Source of the DNA: Acanthaster planci
Lineage: Eukaryota
Length of the DNA: 64,000 bases
Reading direction: 5' to 3'
Assembly: GCF_001949145.1 (NCBI RefSeq)
Contig: NW_019091355.1
Location: forward strand, 2,524,646 to 2,588,645
Positions 49,701 to 61,534 of the stretch are shown one piece after another. Made by a program: the position numbers and the translations under genes. The notes below the pieces were generated by a model. That model was not told where the DNA came from. It did no database searches and saw only the letters and a list, made by a program, of their open reading frames with translations. Each line of letters begins with the position of its first letter. Positions within the stretch are counted from its first letter, which is position 1.

Positions 49701-51496
49701 CGAATAGGCTACGAAGCTCTTACGCGTAAATTTTGTCATTTGGAATACCAAATTGATTCCTAAATCCTAAAACCCCAACCATTGGAAACACCACTTAAGC
49801 TCCCCACTTTCTTTATTTCGAGATAACGATCTCAGATTTGATGTCTTCCACAGAAACGCACGCATTCCAAATGAACGACTTTCCACTGCTGAAGAGAGTG
49901 CAGCTGGGCCCTAATGAAAATGTGGCCAAGATATTTATCAAGGAGAAGAAGTCAGATGAGATATCTCCTGAGGTAAGCACCCTGACCTGTCTTATAGACT
50001 AATCTAACAACAACAATCAGAAGCCATTCAGTACTGCCTTGGCACCATGTCGAGATGCTGGTGGTATACACACGACGGGGTCCTCTCCAGCTGATGAGAC
50101 CCTTGCCCAACCAAGAGAGGGCGCAATTTACCCAGCAACAGAGGCCCCTTTGGTGGGAACTGCACTTCTGAACTGCAGGTTCACAAGCAACTATGAAATG
50201 CACTTGTTACAGTCACAAAGTGAACACTCCTTACCAGCATGGTTTTTTTAACCGATGAGGGGGTGCTTCTGCTCGAGGCAGATCAGAGCTGTATGGACTG
50301 ATGGCCGTGCACTGTGTTTACATGTGCACTTTCCTATGGAGCCACCTCGGGCCCAGAGTCCACTGAGCCCCATAGGAAAACACATGGGTAAACAAAGTGT
50401 GACGTCATCAGTGCAGAGGTCTGTAGGGTGTTGCCAGTTGCCAACATGCACATGTACCTCGTGCTCGAGAACGCACATGAGGGCAGTGCCACCAGCAGGA
50501 CTGGATTATTCAATCAGAATTTTTTGTTTCCGTGATAACGACAGGTTGCGGGATATGTGAATCTGCGCATCCCTGAGTTGAAAGCCATCTTGAGAAAGTT
50601 CCAAGAAGAGGAAGAGAAAGAAGTCATGAAGATTCGGCAGAGGTAATGTGAACGTCTCACAAGCAGTTGGGTCTAAATAAGATCAAGGCATAAAAAACGT
50701 GGCGTATGCAATTCGCTCGTTTGAAGTTGGCTGAACTAATGACTGAATGAGACAGGGGTCGAAATTAAATTCATTCTCTTGGTGGCCTCTTGGTGGCCCA
50801 CAGAGCTCTTGTCATCACCACACGAGCCAGTGCCTTCTGAATGATAATTGCACTTGATGTCCGTGTTCGGTTACACCTGCCCCTTGCAAAATCAGAGAGT
50901 AAAATATTTTGTTCATACCTGGCATTTGTGCACCAATCCCTTCAGCGTAGTTTGTCAGTTTGTTAATTTCAGCTTATGTCATTCACCTGTGTTATTCTCT
51001 CCTAGATATGTCCAATACAGAGCCACCCTAAATAAGAAATTGGCTTTACTTAAAGCAGAGATGTAAGTAGATTATCCTTGTCTTCCAAAAATAACAGTGT
51101 TGCCTGTGTCAGTTTGGCTTCCCATTAGCCGAATCTATCTGTTCCCCTTGAGTCGAAATTTTTACCCAAATGGTTTTATTTACACATTTACACAGACCTG
51201 CAACTTTTCCTCGGATCAGCTGATTTCCTCGTGTTTCACTTCACACTCATGCTACGGAATATTAAAAAGCACCACACAAAGTCTTATAGAGATTGGAATT
51301 TCCTCGTTTTTGTCAAGTCCAAGTTGCACACCTGATTTATTACACCTTAAATATTTGAAAACCTTCCAAAGTGTTTTTATTTTTCTTTGTGTGTTTTTTT
51401 TTTTCGTTTTTTCCCAGAGAAAAGGAGGCAAAGTTCAATGCGAAGCACAAAAACAAAGAGAAGAAGAAAAGCAAGAAGAGCAAGGGTAAGAAATAA
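46660..51496 (+). CDS. RASSF2: Ras association (RA) and SARAH domain protein, RASSF2/4/6 type, about 363 aa
   Basis: Exons 46660-46718, 47016-47097, 48148-48591, 49240-49393, 49854-49972, 50545-50642, 51006-51062, 51418-51496 join in frame (1092 nt). Motifs GMLKIYWG...IRLK, SFSGHLYNSKTAAFRPKYGTVSNVRVSS, LLLKKFAVEN, DFPLLKRVQLGPNENVAKIF, SARAH VAGYVNLRIPELKAILRKFQEEEEKEV. The symbol is the closest family name, not a resolved paralog. Confidence 0.9.
47016..47097 (+). CDS. RASSF exon (GTFMSQLKTFNMHL...)
   Basis: tttcag acceptor, CAG|gtgagc donor; resembles LKTYN of RASSF2/4. Confidence 0.88.
48148..48591 (+). CDS. RASSF exon (ENGMPVLFGMLKIYWG...SFSGHLYNSK)
   Basis: ttgcag acceptor, AAG|gtgagt donor. 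Confidence 0.94.
48759..48770. other. Assembly gap (12 N)
   Basis: run of n. Confidence 1.
49240..49393 (+). CDS. RASSF exon (RA domain)
   Basis: ctctcag acceptor, G|gtcggt donor. Confidence 0.94.
49854..49972 (+). CDS. RASSF exon (RA domain C-terminal part)
   Basis: ccacag acceptor, GAG|gtaagc donor. Confidence 0.94.
50545..50642 (+). CDS. RASSF exon (SARAH domain)
   Basis: gacag acceptor, AG|gtaatg donor. Confidence 0.94.
51006..51062 (+). CDS. RASSF exon (YVQYRATLNKKLALLKAE); reading into the intron gives M* ending at 51066
   Basis: ctcctag acceptor, AT|gtaagt donor overlapping a TAA. Confidence 0.88.
51418..51496 (+). CDS. RASSF lysine-rich tail exon (EKEAKFNAKHKNKEKKKSKKSKGKK*)
   Basis: very strong polypyrimidine tract + cccag; phase 2 matches; internal donor G|gtaaga at 51486. 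Confidence 0.75.
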
Positions 51497-51806
51497 AAAA
51501 AAAATTATCGTCAGCAACCCCTCGCCGGTTAGAACAACTTCAGGTCTCCAGTCACAAAACTCCAGCATTTGTAACCTCAGCAGTATCATTGAGACCTTTC
51601 ACTAGACCAGACGCAAGTAATAGGGAGAACAAAAAATGAAAGACCGCTTTTGTTGCATGGTCTTAAGAGGTCTCAACTTCTACGTTGAATCTGAGACAAT
51701 CATGAACCTTCTTAATTCAGTTGAATATCTGTGACTTTAAATGTTCTGCATGCTTAGGGATGTACTCAAGCATGCAAGAGAGGTGAGCGAAATGCCCGGT
51801 TTTAAG

Positions 51807-51988
51807 CTGTGTTGTCGTTGAATCCATCACAAGTTCTTTCACAAGACCAGTTACAGTTAACGGCATGAATAACAAAGCAGCACTTCTGTAGGAATTCAGT
51901 TGAGTAGCTTGTAACTTGTCTCAAGACTGGATGACCTGTGATGGGCTTGCATATATACATGTATGTGATGGATTCAAGTACAACACTG
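51807..51988. mobile_element. Third copy of the hAT-type MITE, opposite orientation, downstream of the RASSF lysine-rich exon
   Basis: gtgttgtcgttgaatccatcacaag ... tgtgatggattcaagtacaacactg; the interior matches the reverse complement of 17299-17479. Confidence 0.7.
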
Positions 51989-53513
51989 TTTACACGTTCA
52001 TCTGCCACATAAATCTAAAGTATTGTTGATAAATTTGACATCTTTGTAAAATTTTGCATAAGTGGAGAGAGAATTAACTGTAACTTCCAAAAATGCATTC
52101 AAAATTATATGCAAATTGGAGGATTCGGGACTGTTTGGGTAAAAAAAGGGTTCTATTAACTCCATTCAAACAACTCGAAAAATATATTTTCTCATGTGGT
52201 ACCCACTTCCACCAAGCCAGAACACATCAGCCACAGTGTGTCTAATTATAATAACCAACGGTTTTTAAAATATGCAAATGATCCATAACCAGGGCAAGAC
52301 AGCGGCTAGTGGTTAGCATAGTGAGCGAAAGCCATGCATGGGAGCGAGGTTGATGCAGAGTTCCTTGAGAGCTTGTGCATGTCCTGACTATGGTAGGATG
52401 TTGCTGGAGTGGTAAGGTGCACGTTATCTCTTCAGCATACCAGCGTTTGCTGTGTTTTCACAGAAAGGCATAGTCTGGTTCCCTGTCAGCATGCTTCCTC
52501 TAAAACAAAAGTCAGGTAGCTGAAAGTATCATTACTAGACCAAACTTGGAGGAATTCCTCCCGGTTCTGAAAAAAAATATTGCCAATGAAATTAAATCAT
52601 AAATGCTCAGGTACCTCTGAGTGTAAAATTTGTGTATTTATGAGCCAATGCCAAGTCAGAAAAACAGTTTCAGGTGTAAGGTTGAAGAACTGTGATTTAA
52701 GTATGCCTTTATAGCCTATTGTCAGGTCAGGGAATCAGACTAAGAATTACATCTCATGCATTATTGTGTGACCCATGATCAAACTCACCACCCAGTGTCA
52801 CACATGGCATCACCCACCCTTCATTTAACATGTTTTTATATTTCATATGCCACCTAAATGAGGTTCATCAGCATTACATACGTGTATCTCCAATTATGAT
52901 GTACTTGATAATCTGTCCAGTGACCTATGTAGCATCATTTCATACATGTATCTCCAGTGTGATATATATTTGCTACCATGTGTGAAACTTAAAGATACGT
53001 GAAAAATGAAAGATTTTTGATATTTACAAATATTTTTTTCAGTAAAATAAACACATCTATACGGACACATTCGTCTAATTCACAACTTCACTGTCATTTG
53101 TTTCACAATCCACTTCGGCCCTTGTGATCTTCATTTTTGATTAAAATACCTTCATTGCTTTTTTGTACATGTCTGATACCGTTCTGCCAATAAACTTGAC
53201 ATACAAGAGCGCATGAGAAATGCACATAGAAGAGTTTTGCACATTGTTGGATAACTTGACATTTCACAAGTCCACCTGTGCATGACGTTTCCCTGTACAT
53301 ATAATATGTGCCGTTGACATGTATTATTAAATAGCCTAGCTGTACCTTCCTCCCCCCGGTGTCACAGTCGTAGCCTTTGCCAACCCGTGGTTGGTAAGCC
53401 GTGCTTGCCGTCAATACAAAAAACAAATCACTTCCACTAGTATCAGAAACTCCTGCAAAGCATTCTAAATAAGGTCACTCAGTTCTACTTAAAATGCCCC
53501 CCTTTTGAAATAG

Positions 53514-53695
53514 TGAATGGTCTAAATCTGCCTCTCGAGGCATCAGCCGGTGTCCTCTCTGTGACCGAAGCTTCTGCAGACCAAGGCTTTAATGTGTCAC
53601 CTACAAGTGACCTGAATTTACAGCTCTCTGGACTGCCAGGCTTCCCAACACGACCCCTGTCTCTCTCTAGATCCAAAGGAAGCTCCTTTCAATAA
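53514..53695 (+). CDS. Candidate distal alternative terminal exon of RASSF (VNGLNLPLEASAG...SKGSSFQ*)
   Basis: cccccttttgaaatag acceptor; phase 1 matches the donor at 51486; open frame in a GC-richer island. Confidence 0.45.
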
Positions 53696-56274
53696 ACTGT
53701 GGGTGAAAGTTGTTCAAAAATTCTACCAATTTTTGTCAACCCTCACCAACTGTGATTCTAATTTCTACATGTACATGTATTTCCCCAGAAAAATTTGTTT
53801 GACTCGGTCTGTGTGAAAATATATTTTGAAAGTATATTTTGGTTAATATCCGAAGTTTTTGTAATATGTGTACATACAGAAAAAATGTCAAATGCCAAGT
53901 TATATGGTATTATTATATGGTATTGATGATTTGTAAACAGTGAAATTTTAAAGTTTAAATCATTGTATATGTACAAAGTAATGTATGGATCAATATCAAG
54001 ATTTGATTTAGATTGATGAAAGGATATTATATATTTATGAATATTTGGAAGTGCCTGACGATCTAGGCAATAATACTGAGATGCTCCATACTGCAATGTG
54101 TGTGCAGTTGTTAGCGGTAGAGTGGTAGAAAGAGGTAAAGATTCCCATGTACAAGAAAACATTCCCACCTAACTCGAAGCTACATGACATCTTGAATATT
54201 AATCAAACGATGTTGGGTATCAATTCCTGGGTTTGATTTGTGTGTACAGACTGTGCCTTAAGGAGTGTTAAATGGCACTGGAGAAATATGGTTAATCAAG
54301 AGTTTATCAATGTTTGTCACTGATTATATGTGTGTATTGTTCAACGATTAAAGTCTACAAAAAATAATAAAATCGTACCATAATTCAGTGATTAAAGTCT
54401 ACAAAAGGTGATAAAATTGGGCTATGTTGACATAACCAGTGGAGTTCCTGGTCCACCCTACTGTACGTTTATGTTAATGTGGCTGATGTATCGCATTACA
54501 TGTAGTTCATGTCTCTTGTACACTCCATTCATTGTCCATTCGTCATTTTAACAACACACATCTTCAGCAAGTTTTACCCAATCGAGGGAAGACTTTTTTT
54601 CCTGCTTTCATATTTCATATGCAAGGCTGAATATCGTCAACGCGAGATGATGGTGATGACTTTTTGAAAAGTATTTACACTTGTATGCCCACCATCGTCT
54701 CTAATGAGATGTAGATTTTGAAGAATATCGTGGATTTTATCCAGCTGGGAGCATAGTAACTCACTGTTGGTGTGTTTCTTATTTGGTGTAGTAAATGGAA
54801 ATTATGATACTTCTCAAAAAAATATCCACTTTTTGTTGATATGTTCAGAATCCGAGTGTCTCGTGTGGAGAATGCAAGCAGGTGAATTAATCTTGAAATT
54901 GCCGGGTGTTGAACCCATGTCTGTATGGTGTGCAAAGGCGACATATTTCTACAAGAAACTGCACACAGCTGCTTGTTTTCCAACGAATGATTGATTGCAC
55001 TGATTTAACTAATTGCACTGATTTCATATGTCGAGTATTGTTCTAGACTTTTTTCGTTTACAGAAGATAAAGCAACATAGACGTTGCAGACATTTCTCAT
55101 TTGGGTTATAAGTCCATAAATGCCAGGTGCTCCAATTTGGTCAATAAAAATTTTAACTGAAAAATACGTCTACTAATTTTGTATTCATCACACGCATTCA
55201 GTTGAGTAAAGTTTATGCACCTATGCCCTGCTGAAAAAATCCCATCAAATGGGTGCCACTGCCAGCGAATCGCATTGAAAAACTAACAAATCAAGAATTT
55301 CACTTTACTCCGTTCATCCGCAATGATCGTGTTACTCAACATACACAGCGCCCTCAACATGCTTGCAAAGCATGGGCAAAGTACCCGTTAAAAAAGGATC
55401 GTTTGGAGCCATCAAATACACGGCCACTGACTCTATCTCATTGGTCGTGGCCCGAGATTCGCAAGTCAAAAATTGTTTGTTGTTTACATCGGGCAATTAA
55501 TATCGGTGACGATGTATCACTCACGAAACGGTGGTGTGGCGAGACAGCATTTCTAGCAGCCATGCATTTTTTGGTTGAATTCAAGCGACAGACCAGAATG
55601 ACACAGGTGAACGGCCTGTGATAATCTTGCGGACACACTGTCCAGTCGGATGAGTAGCAAGCTGCCAAGTGCAACTTCCCAACAACCGCTAGCTGTAACC
55701 ACCACTATATTTTTAAAGCATATTGGCGCCCTCGTGGCGAGCAGAAACCCACCACTTGACTGATAGAAGTCTTTCATTTGGTATCCATGGCAAAACCCAA
55801 AACTATTTTGGACTGAGGGAAATTCTAAAACCGCCTACATGTATCATGCTGGACATGCTATATGGAAACCCACAACTAAAAGACTGGCCAGGTACCCCCA
55901 TTTAAGTTTCTATTTTTGAAGTTCTATGCCTATAAACATTTCGGCACTCCACAAAAATTAAAGGACATTTTGCCGACCATTTTGTATTAAAATTACGTCT
56001 GTTTTCCAGGAAAACATCTGGAACGCGTCTCGTCATTTCATTGTGGTCTGTGTATTAGGAAAAAAAAGTCACCTTGGAGAACCCAGAACTTATAATTGCC
56101 CTAACTTTTTAGGTTTGTTTTATTAACCAAGCTCTCTTGGAAAAAAATGAAAATGTCATTCAAGTCATAAGATCCTTCCCCTTTTTTTAGATATCTACGG
56201 AGCTCTGGAAGTGCCATCCAACATGTTGACATTCTGACATTGTTTCTCGGGATAACGACATGTGCAGGCAAGAT

Positions 56275-56509
56275 TTATAGTAAAGATTGCGGTAACGCCA
56301 TGTATTTATCTCTTCTTCGAGTATGTGTGGTTCTGAAAAGAACCGGGGAATAACTCCACGTTTCGAACAGTGTACTCTGTCCGTCTTCGAGTTATTCCCC
56401 GGTTCTTCTCAGAATCACACATACTCAAAGAAGAGATAAACTACATGGTGTTACCGCAATCTTTACTCTCAATCTAGTTTCTTTCACCATGAAAACCTTT
56501 AAGTCTTAT
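56275..56509. mobile_element. Penelope-like element, inverted arrangement, flanked by a 15-bp TSD
   Basis: Inverted arms 56279-56356 / 56389-56467; loop (- strand) GAAGA-c-GGACAG agtaca CTGTTC-GAAACGT; direct repeat ATGT(G/A)CAGGCAAGAT at 56260-56274 and 56510-56524. Confidence 0.75.
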
Positions 56510-58938
56510 ATGTACAGGCAAGATGTTCACAACCTAAGCTAATTTATCTCGAGATGACGACATCGTAAAAGTTGGATGGCGACATCCTGCGATAATTTAC
56601 CAAGGAAAGACGACATCGTAAAAGGGTAGACATCACACGTGCTGGATATCGTCGTCTTGGAATAAATTATCTAAGGATGTCGTCATATTGAGAAAAAAAT
56701 AAGTCAAGATTTCAACAAGTCAGATGGCACTTCCAGAGCTCCGTGGGTATCTTTTCCACTTTTTAACCGATAAATATAGTGACAAGATCGCAGAGCAATG
56801 GACTGGCATCTATGCGAATTGTCGGAAGGTTTGGGTGCTGGCTCTAACAGAATTGATGAAAACTGCAAACCGCTAATTTGCCGGTCGATAGTTCCCGGCA
56901 TAATTGTCTGAATATGGCCCGGTCTCCGCAGAGATGTTTTTTTGGAATTTGCGGGAGGGCGGTGCTCGGCTTTAGGACAAGTGTTGATAAAAATGGGTCC
57001 CGTGGTATAAAGAATCCCAGGGGACTTTTTTTTCATCGACTGCGAAGCTATAGAAGGCATTTCAATCGTGGAATGTGTCACTATGAAATATTAATGGCGA
57101 TGCCAATACTTGTGAGTCCTTTGAAAAACAAACAACAGGTGGTTCACTTTAAAGGAGCGGCAACATCTTGGACGATCTCTCGTGAATCTGTCAAGAAGCC
57201 GCGTGGACGATCTAACTCCTCGTGGTCCATATGTCTCCCAAACCACTGACAAATGTTCAAACCAACTTCTTTCAAGGAACAATTTTCCCAGAGGAATTCC
57301 ATAACGGAGCAACGACTCTTTGGGCCTCGACGCTCAAACACAATGTTCCAAATTTAAATGCCTCATAGGAGCACACTGCTGGTTCAAGTACACGTGTCCG
57401 GGAACCACATGTGGCTGCATACGGTGTCTTCGTTAGCATCGCGTCCATACAGAGAGACAATTGATCGAGGTGTGCTTTCTTGATGTGGTTTGGGAGACAA
57501 CTTTCTAGTTAAACAGTATTTGAAGATCTAGTGTGAGCATAGTGGCTTAATCGTATGATTTGAAAAGTTTCTTGTTCTTGCAAAGGGTTGCTGTGGAATC
57601 AGTTAAGTAAGGGGGAATTGTGTCTGTGCACCATTGCTGAACAACTCCTTTAAGCAGCACGCGAAAGTTAAAAAACAGACAGCCAGACCCACAGCGAGAG
57701 TTAATTCCACTTTTCACTCGCAACTTGTCCGGACGCCTGACAAGTTGCTCTTAAGGCTGTACTTTCCGTCCTTATCGACCCATCTTGACCACGTGACTTC
57801 ACCATCCCCGCGCGTGCGGATCATTAAAAGGCCGTGGATCGATATCACCTTTAAGGACCCCTTGCCACGTGGGCGGCCGCCTTGGTGCGCACTCGGGGCA
57901 GAGTCGCGTGGGTAAGGTGTTGTCGCAGGCCCGGCCCCCGAAAAGCTGCCGGGGTGGGGTGATCGCACGAGCCCTCGAGCTTTGGACAGAATCGATCAGC
58001 TTCTGGTGTCTGTTGATTTTCCCCCCAGTTCGCAAACTGTTTTGTTCAGGTAGAGTGAAACCAACACATTTTCTTTCAATATGAAATTCCTCGTGAATGT
58101 ATAATGGGCCCAAAGAGAATTAGTCACCCCAAAGTTACGCCGTATATAGAAAGGAACGGTAATGTTCAATTGTATAGGAGTCCAAGGAGTCTTAATATAT
58201 TGCTCGTTGTGGGGAGATGAGAATTGTTCCCTATGGTGATCTTCCATTGTAACTTCGAGGTTATTCATAAAAACGTACGTACGTCATATCCACAGAGATT
58301 ATTGGCCACCAAGGAGGTGACCTTTGGGGCCGGTAAATCTATCTCACGTCACCCAACAAGTCAAAGTCAATTCCTTCAAAGAATTCCAACATTCATATTT
58401 ACCACGCTGCCCCAGGCTGCCACTGACAATATTGGCTTCGGCTGATGTCATTTAGAAATTATGTGGCAATTTGAGCAGATTGGAATGTTGAGAGAGGTGC
58501 AACCACACGTAATCGGCCCAGCTAGGGGTGATCTGGTGATGCGCAACTTTAGATACAATGACGACAAATCCAGTCTGTCGACACAATCAAAATGATAACA
58601 GAACAATAAACTAGCGAGTCAGGCCGACGTGGAATTAGGCTGAACGTGTAAGTTGCCGAACGAACTCCTAAAAATTACGCTCTCCGTGTCGTCAGAAAAT
58701 TATAACATGAAATATCTTTGAATCACACAAGCACCTTTATGAAACATTTTTCTGAGCATGAACAGCTTCCTAAGCAATGCGAGGACACAAAAAGGAACAA
58801 ATTGTAAAATTCCAAGCGTTCTTTCTGTTCTGCCTTAAAATTACACATTAATTCGGAAAATCGGCTGCTGGTGTGGGAATTCCACATCCTGTTGTTATAT
58901 TGGGATTAGTAACAGAGCGGACACCGTGTGTGCTGCAT

Positions 58939-58996
58939 GGTTTGGTTTGGTTTGGTTTATTATTAAAAACTCAATAGCAGCCAGAGGCTGAATTAC
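58939..58996 (-). mobile_element. 3' tail of a CR1/L2-type LINE or SINE
   Basis: Minus strand gtaattCAGCCtctGGCTGc stem-loop, AATAAA, then (CCAAA)n microsatellite tail. Confidence 0.5.
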
Positions 58997-60736
58997 TGGG
59001 AAAATGGAAACTTTTATGTACGATAAAATATTACGATTACTACTGTAAGAGTATCTTGTTTACAAAGTCAAGACAGGGGAACGACCTCAAAACCACCAAG
59101 AAAATATTATCAAAACAACCACTTCAAAACCGAAGCAATCAAAAGCAAAATGCAGCTGAACTATAACAATCAAAGGAAATGATAAATCTTCCTAGTCTCT
59201 CTTCCGAGATCAAAGAACGGGCACTATTTTGTCATCAGCCCTATCGTCCACCTACGAAAAATTTCCTTTCGGGTTAATTACTTAACATATGACTAATTAA
59301 AAACACCATTGTCTTTCTTTAACAAACAGGACATCCACCAATCGGCGAAGTTGAACCGGAAATGAATTCAGCGTGTTCTTTGATCTTTTTGATGCGGCCG
59401 GTATATGGAACACAAAGGCAGGTACATTGACGACTTCAAAGCGACCAAACATCTCTGGAATTTCTGTGGCTTTATTAAGCTGATTGCAACAGGTATTTTC
59501 TCACCAGATTAGATTGGATGGCGTTCAAACCGCAGTAGCAACAGAATGCAACATTATATTGGATGAAGAATTCTGGAGTTAGGAACGCTCGGTTTTATAG
59601 GACCAACTCATCAGAATCGGTATCTTCTAATGTTTTGCAGCTCGCTTGGTTTTGACGCTTAGTTTTGAACTGATGGCGGTCAGGCGTTATCAACTCCACG
59701 CAGCCGTCAGTAGATTGCAACACTGACGGGTGTCAGCGGTCTCTTGAAAAGATAATAAAGATTGATAAGCGACCAGCGCTGACTTGTGGACGAACTTTCT
59801 TCAGAAAGCAAACAAACACACAAGAACTGAAGAAAGCAGAAACTAAGGAAGAAATGTATTTAATCTTGATTCTCTTTTCCACTCTCTTCCCTTACAAGAC
59901 AGTTAATTTCATTAATACTTTTGCAAAGGTTATATATGCAAGGTTTTTCTTTCCGCTATAGCGGATCAGTTGGTCTCGTCAAAATGCCTGATGTCAAATG
60001 TTCCATATTTGGTCATTTATGTATGCTCATCCTTCTCGAAGGGTAACAGCATCAATAACTCGTATTTGTTTAAATAATGGAAATGATTGCACCTCACATC
60101 CTGAATAGCCAGGGCATGCTGGAATGTTTCCAGCCTCCACTTCCGAATTCAGATATTCCAATTATGTTCTGGCTTCATTTACCGCAGGAAACAAGTTATA
60201 GAATTCAGTTCGTCTGGACGGATTTAGTCGACCCCCAAGTCGTGTGGGGGCATTCTTACTCGAGAAAATCGAACCTTTGAGGACTGCATTACACGTTCGA
60301 TCCATCTTTTCACCATGACTAAGCAGTCAATGGAACTAACGTCCTTACACGTGTTTATTTTCGGTGACAACAAGCCGCAACAACTATTTCAGTCTATATA
60401 ACGGTATTGATTTTAACGGAACAAAAAGTCGGTGCAACGCAGAAAGCGAGTGGCTGGTGTGTCTGGAATAAATCATTCACGAGTAGGGATGGTTGCCAAA
60501 ACAGTTTGATAAACAATTCCGCACAAAAACGAAATACACCAACTCGGCTAGATAAGATCTTTTTAGTTATGTGTATTTGATATTTTTGTTCCTTCATTTT
60601 TATGATGGGCTAAGTATTCTCTTAAAGGTTGAAGCAAGAGCTTTGCGTTTACAAGAACAATCCCACCCACAAAACAAATACTACCGACCAAATCTCGGCA
60701 CCGGATCTCACTGCGCACGCGTGTCTCGTTTTCGAC

Positions 60737-60763
60737 GTGACGTCACAGTAACGGCACTTCCGG
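60737..60763. promoter_or_regulatory. Palindromic CRE (GTGACGTCAC) and ETS site (CACTTCCGG) upstream of the neuregulin-like exon
   Basis: Exact motifs 8 bp apart in a CpG-rich patch about 350 bp before the ATG. Confidence 0.5.
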
Positions 60764-61104
60764 GTGCTTGTGGTTCATGTGTGTGCAGCCAGGGGGGTGT
60801 TTCCCAACTTCCCAAAAGCGTGTCCGAGATCTTTGATAAACACCCGTCAATGCCACTCTCCAAACCACATAACTTTCTGACAGTTGGACAGCGCTCGCAT
60901 GATTTAGTTAAAAACAGTTGCCGGGACCACGAGCCATTCAGAACAGTTGAACAGCGCCACGCAGCGGACAGCACAGTGATTACATTCGACACACAACTTG
61001 GGTTTTGCACTGGAGAAAGGATTTGTCGCACGTTGGAAACACCGGGAATACTACAGCGTCAACCACCACGCACTAGAATGCTGCCGAAATTCACATTTTT
61101 CACC

Positions 61105-61534
61105 ATGGATGTATCACGGAAGACCACGTCAAGGACGTTTTCTGCCGCCTCTCTAGTTTTACTTTTACTATTCAGCATCAGCAAGTGCAATGCGTGCCAA
61201 CCTGGAGAAGCAGAAATGACAGAATCCAAATTTTATCGGTCGCAAATTGTCATCCAGGCAACAGTTTCTACGAGACAGGATCGTGATGTAGTCGTTCGAG
61301 TGGAAAGAACTGTCAAACCCGCGGACGGATCCGGCGTTGACAGTGAAACGATAACCTTAAATGGATTTGGGACGGAGGACCCTTGTTTCTGGGAAGCCAC
61401 GGATTTATCAGACAACACAGCGTATTTCTTCTTTCTTAGAGGCTTGGATGAGGCTGGTTATTACCCGATCGTTGGCAATCCCGTGGAGGCAACGAAAAAG
61501 GAGAGAAAACTCGTCAGGAAGTTTATGCAAGATG
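61105..61534 (+). CDS. First coding exon of a secreted/membrane protein: signal peptide + NtA-like domain, neuregulin-2/vein-like (agrin-like is the alternative)
   Basis: Kozak caccATGG (in-frame ATG also at 61078); hydrophobic AASLVLLLLFSISKCNA; C...KFYRSQIVIQATV, VVRVERTVK, ITLNGFG...C, YFFFL, PVEATKKERKLVRKF; G|gtaagc phase-1 donor typical of extracellular modules. No later exons were identified in the window. Confidence 0.8.

Noticed and set aside
2002..51496. U12-type or non-canonical introns
   Set aside because: All assembled introns are GT-AG and lack the RTATCCT 5' signature.
60571..61077. N-terminal half of the 351-aa ORF
   Set aside because: Non-ATG start that runs through promoter-like motifs; the credible start is 61078 or 61105, and the frame leaves at the 61535 donor.
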